In this document: positions 32,385 to 45,854 of the stretch, piece by piece
Position numbering within the stretch: the stretch's first letter is position 1
How the letters are laid out: every line of letters starts with the position of its first letter
Assembly: GCA_040954595.2 (NCBI GenBank)
Contig: CM082589.2
Span: forward strand, 8,006,232-8,070,231
Direction: 5' to 3'
DNA length: 64,000 bases
Source: Balanoglossus misakiensis
Lineage: Eukaryota; Animalia; Hemichordata
The notes under the pieces: generated by a model
Told to the model about the DNA's origin: nothing
Seen by the model: only the letters and a program-made list of their open reading frames with translations
The model's database searches: none
Made by a program: the position numbers and the translations under genes

Positions 32385-34896
32385 TCCCATACCAGTGTGT
32401 TTTAGATATATAGAAATTCCCACACTGCAAATCAGCATGGAAACCTAGCTTAAAAAGGGGAAATGCATTAACACCATCTGGTAAGCTCATTGGAGAGGGA
32501 AAAGGTGTGAAGAATGTTGAGGGGGAGAGAAACAGTGGTGTAATAGCCAAGCTATTCTGTCAATACCCCCTTTGCAAAGTCATTAACACTTGCATGAACA
32601 AATGGGATATGTAAAAAAGCATATAGGGCGCTTTCATCAAACAGAATAGCCATGACTCACATGTAGTCAGTTTACTAATATCACTTTGTTTCAAAAAATT
32701 TCCAGATAGCAGATTTGTTTCGAATTCAGTTAATTCAGTCACAATTCATTTACTTGACATTTGCACTAAAACTCTGAAAATTAAAGCAAGCATTAATGAA
32801 TATGTAATGTTTGTCCAAAGAAAACCCACTGCCTGTATGTCACCTACAGGGTGTCAAACATAGAAACTAAATTTCCTGACAGAATCCAATTTTCCCACAG
32901 AAAACGTGGAATTTAATTAGTCTATCTTACTAAAATCTTGTATAACAAACAAAAACGGACAAAATTGTGTGAAGAACTGTGGTAGACAGGAAATGTACAA
33001 GCAGCCATCTTGATAAGAAAAATGCAGTGTTTATCCAAGAGGCACTTGCATGGTAACTGGTGCAAAGCCAACAGCGGAAATGGCGAAAAAGTCGGTGTTG
33101 CTTTCTGGACAAAAATGGGTGGACCCAATTGTGTTTCCTTATAAATCTAAACTAACAACAGGTCACTTTCCTGGTGCCTTCCGGATACAAAAATTGGTAA
33201 AAGGGTGGCCTTGGGCAGCATAAATGTAGATAAATGCGGTCAAGAGTTTGAAAGGAATTTGAAGACTATATGAACTGGTCAGTTCAGGACATCCACCTAT
33301 TTGAGATGGACTGGATGTGTGAAAATGTTGCCCCCCCAAATAGAGTGGCTCATATTTTATCCTGAGATTGTCAACATTGTTTAGCAAAGTAGCCACCATT
33401 CTATAGGAAATTCTTTGGAGTAACAGCAAAAGCCAATTTTATTAGTTCTACTTAAGCAGTACTTAGCTATTTCATAAATTGCTCAAAATGCTTCTGCTGA
33501 CAGGGACAGAAAAGTGCAATTTCATTCAGCAGTGACATGGTTTGCTCGTCGGTAAAATGATCAATTTACATTTTAGAAAGCTCGGACAATTGCCTTTTTA
33601 GCAATACATAGCTTGATGAAGAAACCAAATACAGTTCATAAAAGTATACAATTGTTCAGTACAAAAATATGGGTAAGGAAGAATGTTGCTAGCTCCAGGC
33701 TAGACCAGCTCTTGCCTATTGGGGGCGCAGTGCTACACTCCGACTTCGGAGTCCCGAGTGTAGACCAGCGCATGCGCAAGGAACCAGTTTTAATTGTTCA
33801 AGGCTCTGGGTGCCAAGTCTTATTTCAAAACCATCGTTAAACAATAAAACCAGGGGTTCCCGATAATTGCCCCAGGGTGATTAATTGGAAAATCGTGAAA
33901 TGAAAGGTGCGCACCTACAATCAATAAATTGCCGGGAAGATGGTTTTGTCAAATAAACAAATGTCCCCAGTATACACCAAGTATACACTTATTCAGTTCA
34001 AAATTAATGTAACCAACAAATACGAATGAAGAGGATATGTGATATTCGTCTCATAACACACGTGTATTTTCCGGTATTGTAATCTCATTGACTACCAGAA
34101 TAATAGTTCTGCTTTCTTTCATGAAATATTTTATCTCTTATCATGGCACTGGAATTCACCAAAAGTCTTGTACCCAGTTTATTTTTATCTCAAATATGAA
34201 TTTTAATATCTCCTTAAAAGCGCATGCGCACGTTTGTCTGTTGGATGGGAACTTTTCTGTAGTCCTTTCTCTTAAAGCCAAAAGTGTGGAGAGTTTGGTT
34301 TTTCTCGGTGTCACCTTTGTGAGTTGACAACATCCGGACAGGCTTTAGTTCACCAAGTATCATGATTGCATATCACAAACCTGAGGTCAGACATGCTTGG
34401 TTATACATGTAGTTGGAATAAAACTTCTGCTGTGACACAAAGTTCTAGCTGTGTATACTCAGTAAGATCCTAGTTTTCTTAGAATAAAACCTAGAGTGTC
34501 ATGCCTAGCCCGTGGTTGTGTTTGCTCGGGATAAGCTGGACTAGATCACGCGATTGGGACTATCATTATCAACCATGCTTTTGTGCGTCGGCTTGTTAAA
34601 TTGTTGTTCTGGGTTATGTTGCGGAACAGATTTCCAATTACAGCGGTCAATTAGAACAATTTATCTCATGGGTCGCATGAAATTTGCTCTTTATCTGGTA
34701 TTCGTTGATTATCAACAATGAGGAAAAATTCAGCAGTCGCTGCAACCTGTTTGTCGACTGATTAATATGCGGATTCGCGGCATTGGCGAGGGGCTATTTG
34801 TAGCAGACAGCTGCCTCCTGAGGGCGCTCTTAGATGTCTCAAATGCCCCACACGCACTTTGGCGATGGCAGTTAATCCCTAATATATATAAGCCGT

Positions 34897-35040
34897 CCTA
34901 GGTTTGGTCGGTAAAGCCGTCTAAAATCTAAGTCGTTTCAGGACCACTATACACCGTCTACACATGTTTTCTTTAAAGACGGTTTCTGACCTGAGACGTT
35001 TCAGAAACGTTTTAATGGTCCCTGTGTCGACCCCCATATA
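34897..35040 (+). repeat. Dispersed repeat (DNA-transposon end-like), inverted copy at 57278-57412
   Basis: gg.cgg.aaagccgtct.aaatct...tgacctg.gacg.t.cagaa.cgt.ttaatggt.cctgtgt shared. Confidence 0.75.
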
Positions 35041-36419
35041 TGTATTTTATATACTAGTACCAAGAGACTCAGTCCACAGTATACGTTCCATGTCCATATT
35101 AACAACAACAAAAGCGCATTTTCCTCACGGAAGATGCAACCCCGCTGCTCTCTAATTGACAGGGTAAAGTCATCAGCACCACGAATACATTTTTACAACA
35201 ACCGAGTGAACGAATTCGATTATTTTTTTTACAGAATAGCTGTAAGAGAGCACGGGTGGCCATCTCTAGGCGTCCACGGCCCGTATACGGGAACGCGTAT
35301 ACTGACTTGAAGCGCCTTGGAAATTATGGGATGCTTCTCGGTCAGGTTCAGGAGAGAGGATTATAGGATAGGATTGGGAGGGTTCTGTTAATTACCGCAT
35401 GCAACTACTCGAGGATATATTCATTTCAAATTCACAGACTTTATGTGGAGGTTCATAGCTACTTCCAAGAAATTTCTGGAGAAAGTTCAGCTGTATTCAC
35501 AAACCAGCCTGAACGATGCGCGCGAGGAAGGGGTACCGTCATCACAGGGTTACCTATTTGGCAGAATGTCTCCGAGCAAAGACGGTAGAATATGAATAAG
35601 ATTTAGGCCTATGAATGTGATATATGCATAAGTATAATAATGCATTACCCCGACATCGGAAATAAATCTAAGCTTATTTAAGCTATCGATGCCGGAAAAT
35701 ACTTCTGCGAAAGACAACGTTTTCGAGATAAGTAAATATGACCGACAGTTAAAATAAATCACGATGTCGCTTCACAAAAAAGACGTTTTTATCCACGCCG
35801 GTTTTGCACGGTGGTCAGCAAACTGTGTTATAGGAACAAATCGCCTTACCCATATAATGTATTATCCATAGCGGAAAGCTTATTTTGGTGGGAATATCAA
35901 TACGCGAGGCCCGTCATGGAAACCAAATCACCATGTAAAGCTTTTACATGTACATGAAATATGAATGACGGCGACTTGCTCCAATCAACTGCGCGCAGTC
36001 ATCCGATTAGTATCTAAGGTGACTTCACTGAGTGGCTTAAAAAGTCGGATGACCTCGAAAACATAAAAGCAAGTCACAGACGCCGCTGGTCAGTAAACGC
36101 TTTTTTCCAGAATATCACAGCACATGAAAAAATATCGGTCGGACCAACGCTTGTCTTTTTCGCGGATAACGTCTGTTTATGTTTGCAGATGTTCGGGAAA
36201 CCCTAGGATGGTCGTGTCCTTTTTGTTCAGTACCGAGAATTCAAGTTGTCAGTTTTCAGTAAGGCCATCATCTGAGATTGTATAGGTATTCGAGCTTTCA
36301 TAAGGAAGGGGTTCGGTCTGACTAATTGCGGGTAAAATGTCACAATTGAAAATTTGACAAGATGTAATAAGTCCTTCCTGTCATAGTACAGTAATACGGA
36401 ATCAAGTTGCTGCGCATCA

Positions 36420-36652
36420 GATGTTGTCAAGTGGAACGCCATTGTCCCACTGAAATATACCCATGCTAAGTTAATCAGGAAAGAGGAAATTAAAGGTTGG
36501 ATTACACGAATGTCCTCGAAGCGGCTAGCAGCGGTAGTGACATTGATAGCCTGAAGTTGTTGCAGATCATGGAACTTATCGCGTGTTGCAGAAATTTCAA
36601 GAAGAAGAAGCAACGTCAGACTACAATCACCGGGTTTTTCCAGTCGCGTTGA
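36420..36652 (+). pseudogene. Probable pogo/Tigger transposase C-terminal relic
   Basis: Plus-strand peptide SDIDSLKLLQIMELIACCRNFKKKKQRQTTITGFFQSR* carries the KQxTITxFF C-terminal signature and resembles the C-terminus of the 26987-27616 relic. Confidence 0.5.
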
Positions 36653-37247
36653 ACTCTCATACATTGGCAACAACCAAGATGAAAACGTGCAATGTTGAAA
36701 TTTACACTTTTTTCATGGAATTCATGCAATTTTTATTCAGTTTCTAGCTTGTTATGCATGTACGTTTTCTGGAGATAACCATATAAAATGTCAAAGTTGT
36801 TACTTGACTTGAAATTCAATGAAGAAAACAAAGAATGTGAATGGTTACATATGCAGAAGTATGTTTATTGCTTTCAGTCAAAAGCCCCCCCCCCCCCCCC
36901 CCCCTCTCCCCGTTTCAGGGCCGCTCGATAAGTCTCGGTTTTCCGGATAGACCCCCCTCCACCCGCGACTTAGCCAGGGTCCAATGCATAAGACATCAGA
37001 AGTGCAGCACAAAGGCGGCGCGGAGAGAATCTCAACAAAATCACTTAGTTAATTGTACACGGTGCGGGCGCCCTCTATCATCGGAATACACGCCTTAGGC
37101 TTGCTGCACCTGTTGCACGTTCACTTACTTTTATCGTGGGCCAACTCAGCCACCCGATATCGCAATTATTATACCACTTCCATAATTATGACGTCATTCC
37201 CTTGCAAACCACCCATATAGAGAGCACATGCTGGGTGTACCTTGAGT

Positions 37248-37406
37248 TAGACTCTCTCACAGCCTCTCTCGCTGTCCATGCAGGCTTATAGTCTGATTGC
37301 ATGAAGGTTCGCTACACAACACCAAATGGGGCTTCTCCTTTGCTAAACAGTTGAGGGCGCATAAGTGAAGAGCCTTGTAGCTAACCGTGGGCTGTGAGAG
37401 AGTCTA
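37248..37406. mobile_element. Small TAG..CTA MITE with degenerate 9-bp TSD (AcademH-like)
   Basis: ACCTTGAGT|TAGACTCTCTCACAGCC...GGCTGTGAGAGAGTCTA|ACCTTGATC. Confidence 0.75.
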
Positions 37407-37974
37407 ACCTTGATCGTGCATGTAGCACAAACTGCCTCGAATTTGAGGTCTGCTTGGGGTGCGTGTGCGTGTACATCGGGTACCAAGTGTGTTGGTCTGA
37501 ATTGTGAGACCTTGCGACCATGAATTAATAAATGCTATGCCAACAATAAATGTACTTTAGGTTACGTTGGCCACCCACGTTCTTCATTGACAATGCTTAA
37601 AAAGCGCGTGTCTGAAACGCTAAAAGTCTGGCAATTCGATTGACATTTGTTCGCCTTGTTGTCTGCTATCGGTAAAAAACAGCAACAAAATATTAATTTT
37701 ATTGAACGATTCATACAGTACAGAATTACATGGGAAAACTTGAGATAATGCAGTCAATGATGAGTCCCATTTATAAATTTGTTCGACGTTTTTAGGGAGA
37801 GGAAGTTAACGAGGTATGAAGTGAATGTGCTCGCGTGTACGTGGCTTCATAAATAAATAATTAAAATCCGCACAATAAAAATCATGAAACGCATCGCCGT
37901 ATTTCAATGCACTGAACTAGCATGTATTATAAAGCGCTATGTTTATGAAATCATGAAATGAAGCAGGATTTATA

Positions 37975-38525
37975 GAATTTTTTTCAACAGCTCCAGATTA
38001 ATGGCGATGGTTATACAAATTAGCAGTTACTTAACACGACACTGAGAAGTGCCTCATGTTCAATCAGATCTCTGTAGATCAACATGTCTACCCCATACCG
38101 TGACCGTGTTTCGTCAAAGTACGTGCAGTTATTCACTTCATGTACATACAAAAGTTCATTAGATATGCAAATTGCAGTCTAGACATTGAAACTGCAAATT
38201 GTAAGTCCCCTAGAAGAGATAACTTCGTTCAAGATCAGTATCTCTATCAAGTTTCATTAACAGCAGCAGCTCTGGATTTGACATGATATTGGCACACATA
38301 TTTAAGATATGCAAATCAGATGTTAATCGACATGACACCAATGCTGCAAGACCAACATCACTACCGCGTTTCATCAAATCACGGCCACTATTTGGAAAAC
38401 CATTAATGATACAAATTAACAGTAACTCATTCAATTAACACTTAATTGACATACTACTGAATGTCTCAACGTTCAGTGAGATTTCTGTGAGGTCAATAAC
38501 TGTAGCAAGTTTATTCAGATTAAGT
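37975..38525 (-). repeat. Degenerate Helentron-like repeat remains
   Basis: Repeated agatatgcaaat and agtttcat/aaatcacggcca motifs, the reverse orientation of the type seen at 17.6-18.7 kb. Confidence 0.35.
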
Positions 38526-38545
38526 ACAATGGATCATGTGATTAA

Positions 38546-38718
38546 AGATATACAGTAACCTCCAATTAACAAATGTCCATAAATGGCAAAAATGGCGTAT
38601 CTGAGTATTCTAAAGAACATATGGCGGCTCTCTTTTATTCGCGTGTGCCACCCACTGAAAATCCGGCCAGATCTCAATTTGGCATAGTAACTAAATTTGC
38701 ATCGGTGACCGTATACCT
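38546..38718 (-). mobile_element. TTAA-type MITE, family B copy 2
   Basis: TTAA|AGATATACAGTAACC...GGTGACCGTATACCT|TTAA; reverse complement of 13988-14169. Confidence 0.82.
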
Positions 38719-38752
38719 TTAAATACGCAACGCTGGTTTTCAGTTTTGTTAA

Positions 38753-39063
38753 AGGGACAAAGTCTCTCTCTCTCTCGCTGCCTTTTTTCCATTAATAATG
38801 TTTGATACAAGACACCATTTATGTTATTCTACAGGTGGATACATACATGTAGTGAATCAACGCTCGACCACACACAACTTCCATCCCACTTGTAGACACG
38901 AGAGTGAAAAACTCGCCAAAATGAATAATAGGTGTTTAACGTTTATTCATTTTGGCGAGATTTTTACCCTCATATCCTACAAACAGGATGGAATTTGTGC
39001 GTGGTTGAACATTCATTCACTATATATCTTGGCAAAAGGGCAGCGAGAGAGAGTCTTGTCCCT
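38753..39063. mobile_element. TTAA-type (Kolobok-like) MITE, family C
   Basis: TTAA|AGGGACAAAGTCTCTCTCTCTCTCGCTGCC...GGCAGCGAGAGAGAGTCTTGTCCCT|TTAA. Confidence 0.82.
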
Positions 39064-42000
39064 TTAAATAGAAACTCTCTAAATAATGGAAACATCCCCT
39101 TTAGTGGCCTTCCCGGATTCATTTATTTTCAGCCGCAACGCAACGCAATGTTTTATATCTCGTAAATTCTCCAGTGCCTCAGACCTCACACAGCTCGCCC
39201 TACGATACATGTATATAAAATGAGCGCTGTTGTAGTTAAGACTAATTCCAACTAAAGCAATGGCCTGATGCTAGACTGGGATGCACTTGAACTGTATTTA
39301 ATGGCGTGAGGACAGACATAAAACCGTAACTCCGGGCTATTTCATTCTTGACCCACGCTGATTAAATTAATCATTACATTAGTCTTCGACATGGACACAC
39401 ATGGGCAAGTAACCCCACGGCGCAGTCTGTTCAGAGAATGCTATTAGATCGATGTCACTCTAGAGGATTGTGCGCAAGCATTTTAATTGACGACAAGAGG
39501 TTACTCGTACCTTTATGACTGTAGAATGGTCAAGGTAACGACATACAGAATCATCGTATAAAACGTAATGTTTCCGGCACGCATCCATGCAAAACGCGAA
39601 ATTCACTTGTGACAGCACATTTGAATAAAAAATAATTTAACTTTCATCGTCGTCATAGAAGATTTCATCAAATGTAAAGCAACAGGTTTGTACCTGTTTT
39701 TTCCATTAATATTCGAAAGGGCTTGGTGGTTTGTTATGTGGATCGGGGAGCCTGGAACCCCTTTAAACTCTTCCAAACTATATTGTCTGTCTTTTCATGT
39801 GTAATATCTCACACTTATTAATTAAGACAGACAAAATTGCATCAAAGTCAAAATCGACCCTCAAATAAGCTTCACATGAGACAAAGTTCCTGCTCTAGAT
39901 TACATAAATGTGAATGAACGGTTCAAGAGGGCTGCCCCCGTTGCCGTAAGTTTGCAGACACCGTTGTTATACAGTTATGGCAGATTACGATCTCGTAAAA
40001 GAATCAAAACCAGAACGCTGGAGAAGATATGGTGGTGATTGTATCTTCAATTTTCCGTTTCAGTGTGGTATATTTAAATTTACCTGTTGCAGAGACTATA
40101 TAGTGTATCTGTCAGACACCCAAGCAAGGTAAAAATTATCCACGCTTGTCTCTGTGTACGTAGAGAACGATTACAAATGACGCCTATCTCTGTGTAATCT
40201 CTATGAAGAAAAATCACAGTAGAGATTTTCATGAAAACAAATCGGAAAACGCCGTTTTCTTCTTATTTTTTCAAAATGACTTCGCACACAATGTGATATA
40301 GGAAAGAATTTAAAGGTTTGAAGGTTTATCATTTTTTCCGGAAATATTTCCCCTGCGCACAGTTCCCAACCACGTTCGGCAAAGAAAGTTAGAGATGTAC
40401 TCGGTGATTTTCCATCAAATGCGTCGTTTTCATTGGTTGAGAGCCTGTTTTATGCAAGCCATTGTTAAATAGAGCATAAATGTTAAGACAAAAACTTACC
40501 AGTCGGTGGCGTCTAGACTTGCCAGTCACAAAACTCTGATAAAATGCCTACGTGATGGGAAATGATGTTACTCAAAATAACGAAAGCATCACTTTCCCGA
40601 AATCATTAAGAAGGAGTGTTTTGATATTATTATGAAAGTCTATGAAAACAATATAATGTGATTGGTATTTTTCAAAAAATCTGGCGTGTGCAATGATAAG
40701 AACACCTACCGAATACTCTAAACTCACAAAAAGTAATCGTTGAGTTTCACATTTTACAGAATTGATTCAAACCTATTGCAAATGCATCCTGGGATACGAC
40801 CCCTAACACCTCCAAGCTCGTAAAGGAAACAATATTCAGCTAAACTGACGCGTTAATACTTCTCGTTTTACAACAAAGATTAAAGTATCGATGGTTTTGT
40901 ATTAACTTTAATCCTTGTTTCTTCAAAAGGGCGTCCTTCTGTTGAAATACTTTGAAAAGGGTATCTTGCAGAAAACCCATATTCCTTGAGAATGCCACCT
41001 ACGGGACGTGGGTTTAGGTCCTAAATAGGTCTGCACTCACCGTTTCTCATACAAAATGTGGCCATGTCGGGCAGAAAGCGGTGAATATATAATTTGTGTT
41101 GGCGTAGTATCCTAAACCATAAATGTTATTGTGACACTGATGTGTCATTGGAGGCAATCAGGAAATTGAGTTTCGATGAGAAAATGCATTTATTCGTCTC
41201 TTGCTCCATTAATAACGGAAACCTTGAGGTGCGTGTTCAATAACGAGAAAGCAGCCAATCATTTCAGGTTCAGGTTGGCCTATATTGTAATTGTAATTTT
41301 TTTTCTTCTTGTGTCTTGGAGACCTGGTAATTTGTTTATACCTTGAATGATAATGTGTGTCGAACCTGTTCTGATGCCATGGTAATAATACAACAGGAAA
41401 TGCAGGCAAACCAACACTAGCACTAAAATTAGCACAGTCTTATTTGCTTAGAAGCCATAATTTTTGATGATGTTTTGATTGTTTGAAGACTCATCTCCTC
41501 TCTTTGATATTTTATCGATGCGACCCATGCATTCTTACTAAATGCACCAATAACAGTCAACAACTACCATACTTGCATTTCAACAAAGTCCGTCTGCCTC
41601 AGTTCTCCTAGAAAAGTTCTGACTTGTTGCGCCTGCGCAATGTACCCTTCGGCCTTATACCCTTGTCAGTTCACTTGTATTCCCTTTGCTGTTCAATGCC
41701 CACGCCGTCCTTCTATTATTGATAGGAGAAAGTATTTGCCTAACTACGACTGTATTTGTTTTGTTGCTGTACATTGTTAGGACCTAAAGGGCCCATGGGT
41801 TTGCGTTTGCAGTTTATGTGAAACATGTCACGCACCATAATCTGATGACAGGCTTTCATTGGCAAATATGGCCAGATGGATGATGATGAACGATCTGTCA
41901 TGAAATCCTTTGGACCTTGAAACGACTGACCTAACTGTCACAGCTGATATCCTGGGCAAGGTCACAGCCCCAAAGGTTCGGTACAATAACATTTTATATG

Positions 42001-42101
42001 TTCCATGTTCATCAATGTGACTGGCTCACAGGTTCGTCGCTCCAGCACCATTCGCACACCTTCTAATGGCACATATACCTTCATAACTCATATCATGGTA
42101 C

Positions 42102-42275
<174 letters not shown>

Positions 42276-43049
42276 CTACAGTTCGATTTTTGGCAACATA
42301 CGCAGACAACTGCAACAACACAATCATTGTTACAACACCATCAATCATCACTGCTGAGACTTTATAGACATAACATCACCAGACTGAACGCAATCATAAT
42401 TATAACACCTTTATTAATATAACAATTTCAATGATAAACACAATTTGACTCCTCGCTACCATTGCTGCCACAGCACCCGCACGACAAGCAGCGAGGCCTT
42501 CATTTGTAGAATGTCGTCAGCATGCATTTGTTGAGAATGTTTGTAGGCCTACATCTCGAATGCCTTTGGAATGAAGCTGACTGACAGAATAAAGATAGAG
42601 TGACGTTTTTCTAAAAAGTAATGCGATGTTTTAGTCTAATCTCCTTCCCAACAATACAGTAAAGTTGATGACATTTGCTTCCACCAGGGTCGTTATTCTG
42701 GAATAGTTTACGAAATAGGCAACACTTAAGCCGGTTGCTATGGTTACAAGTATTTTCGAAAACCTTGTCTTTCAGTGAACAAGGCTTGAGCATCCAGAAA
42801 TGACATGTGAAATTGACCTCTCGATGTCCATTATATAACCTTTCCCGCAAATAATTCTTAAAATAGATAATTTAATGTTCTAATGCTACGCGAGCATTTT
42901 CGAAATTTCCCCAGACTATCCTGTTTCGTCTACCGAAGAAGTATTCTTTTGGAAACTGACAGGAAACTCATTCATCAACCAGCTCCACGCGAAAGGATGG
43001 CATGAATGTATGCCTGGCTGGGTTTGGAATCGTTTTGTGATGCTGTCCA

Positions 43050-43350
43050 CAACAATACAGGGGGACAATCACGTTCTGCGTTCATCCACCAAGAAACTCT
43101 TAACATGTACAACCTACAAAAAAAGACGTATGGCGGCCGTGCCTTCTCTTATGCAGCCCCTTAAAAGTGGAACGCACTACCTCTTGGCATCAGGGAATTT
43201 ACTAGTACAAACCTGGAGACGTTCAAAAGAAAACTTAAAACTCGTATGTTCAAAAGAGCATACAGTGTGGTTTAACCATGAGCGTCATTGGGCAAAATTT
43301 CTTGTTTTGGATTTTGGCGCTATATAATCTTTTGTTGATTGATTGATTGA
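43050..43350 (+). mobile_element. L2/CR1-clade LINE 3' end, old
   Basis: LRSS...KKTYGGRAFSYAAP*KWNALP...FKRKLKTRMFKRAY, followed by ggcgctatata and a (GATT)n tail. Confidence 0.85.
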
Positions 43351-44672
43351 CAGTCATACAAACTGTCACATCACACAGAACGAGTTGTAAGTTGTATAAG
43401 AAGTACAGCTTGAGTAGTTCCTCGCTCCGAATGTGCATCCAAAGCGAACTTAAACTGTGAGTACTGTGTAGTGTACGGATTATATGTCAACTTTGCTTAC
43501 CGCTCAAGATCTAACATATGTTGAGCGCCCAGCGTAAACAGGCAATATGATACACGGCCCACTTGTTTTTTCCCATAATATGTAATATAGGGGCAAAATG
43601 CTGATCTTGAATACTGATGATAGCACAGTTAGGATGACCTACCGGAACTTTCAAACAAACTTTTAAATTTGACTTTGTCTGGAGGAGATTACACATGCAA
43701 TACAGTGCCCCTACCATCATTATGACGAAATAAAAGTCAACTATCTACAGGTACCGAATTATATAAAGCCCACGTAGACTTAAAACATAGAAAACCGCTT
43801 CCCCAATTAACTTTCGACAGACAACATCATGGGTCATTTGGGACAATTCTAAATCGTTTCTTCTGTCTCCAATATTTGCCAAGACATGAAGTGAATGCGA
43901 AGTCGTAATATCACACAGCCATCCACGAATTACCATGCGAAATGTACAGTGTATAAAGAACGCGAGAGTTAATAATGATATCTATTTGTAAAAGTCAAGA
44001 ATCGAGCAGGAAATTGGGGTCAGTGAATACGGTACACGGTACCGGTGCCTTTGAATTAGCTTCCGCAGGGTGGATGATATAATACCGCCATGGCAGATTG
44101 CATACCCGCTGATATAATACCGGATACCTTTAAAGTTCAATTAGTAATTTTCTTACGCATGATAAGAACGGTTGGTGTGGGTTACGAGTAATTTGGGAAG
44201 GGGACATCGCAATTGAAAATTATTGGAACGCTTGTGCAACTTTAAGAGGATAAAGTTTCGGGTTATTTCATCGCATCGTCAGCTCGCACTGGTCGTTAGC
44301 TCGACTATATAGTCAGAGAGCAAATACCTTTGGTGGGCGAAGATGGTTTTATCACTGAGACGGTGTCTATATGTCTAACTCTGTGTCTGTTTGTCGATCG
44401 TCAGTTGGCTTGCCTGATGCCTGCCTGCCCGCAGAAACATGTTTTCACGTGATGTGTCAACTGCTTATCGAACACAATATTTTGCAAGGTTCTACACGTC
44501 ATTCATACAGAATATGATGTGAAATCTCCAATATGACACGTAAACATGAAATAAACGTCATATAAATGTCAACCTTGCTATTATATTCCTGATTTAATAA
44601 AGAACAATGTATTTTCTTGCATACCAAACATATGAATTGTCACAAAGTTTTCATGGAAAAAATAATACTTCT

Positions 44673-45040
44673 ATCAGTCAATCAGTCAATCAAAGGGATT
44701 TATAGAGCGCCAAACTCCACTGCAATAGTGTTCAATAGCGCTTTACAATGTCAAAAATTCAATGTAAAGTTACTGTTAATAGGCTCTGTTAAACAGATAA
44801 GTCTTGATGTGTTTCTTGAAACTGTCAAGGCTAGGTGACTGGCATACTTCTATTGGGACATTGTTCCAAATGAGTGGGGCGATATACGAAAAAGCACGAT
44901 CGCCGTACGTTTTCTTCTTACTCCATGGTACATGAAGTAGAAATTTGTCATTTGAACGAAGAAGTCTTGTTGAAGTTTTCAGATGGATTAAGTCAGTGAT
45001 GTAAGCTGGTGCTGTGTTGTTTAATGCCTTATATGTCATA
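44673..45040 (-). mobile_element. L2-clade LINE 3' end, 5'-truncated
   Basis: TYKALNNTAPAYITDL...LRS...TYGDRAFSYIAPLIWN...SLDSFKKHIKTYLF*, 3' stem region and (GATT/GACT)n tail. Confidence 0.9.
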
Positions 45041-45375
45041 CTAGTTGTCACCTAGCAACGAACTTTTATGTTGATATGTCTATGGTGTTTGAATGCGGCA
45101 CTTTAGTGTGCACCAGACCGTTGTATTCCCATTTGCAGTTTTATTTTGAGAAAACAATCAGGCCCGCCATTACTCATCTAGTTGATGAGAGTTTAGCGCT
45201 TTGTAATTTCAGCCATCAAACGAGCTGTTTAATAGATCACGCTGTATGTCAGTTACCTTATTAAACACACCTGCTCTGACGACGCTGTCAGCATAATTCA
45301 CTAAATGGAAGAACAAATTTTATTATTTTTCCATGCTTGAGGAGTTTTCCGATGTGCTATTTTCCCGTTCCTTAA

Positions 45376-45854
45376 AGGCACATAAGCTGCAACTTTTGGG
45401 ATAATTATCATAATTTGTTTTCAAACTGACTACCATTAGCCCATGCAGATGTAGGCACTGAGCTATATACAAGTATTATAAACCCTAAATATGAGTGCAT
45501 ATGCAAGTTTTAACCAGATAAATAATAAAGCTTTGCCGCAAAGGAATGTGACCGCCACCATGGGAAAATGCAAGCAACGATGACTATGAAACTTCATGAA
45601 CAAAGCATGAACTCATCCACTACACATCATGGAAGTAAATGTCCTTCACTGAGGCATTACATTTTCATTTTCATTTGCACCTTTTTTGAAAATTGCAGGA
45701 CTTTTCGATTTTCTTTAATTATTGGCCATTTTGTCATAAATTAGTGTTGATCTTGATATACTATCATGAAATAACATTTAATAGACAGAATTAAAAGCAT
45801 ATACGTATGAAATTATAAAAGCTTATTTTTTATCCAGTTGCAGCTTATGTGCCT
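45376..45854. mobile_element. TTAA-type (Kolobok-like) MITE, family A copy 2
   Basis: TTAA|AGGCACATAAGCTGCAAC...GTTGCAGCTTATGTGCCT|TTAA, perfect 18-bp TIR. Confidence 0.9.

Noticed and set aside
32922-33429. Moderately GC-rich stretch with short ORFs
   Set aside because: No frame gave a recognisable protein.
34862-34882. Possible Harbinger-like terminus GATGGCAGTTAATCCC|TAA
   Set aside because: No matching opposite terminus found in the window.
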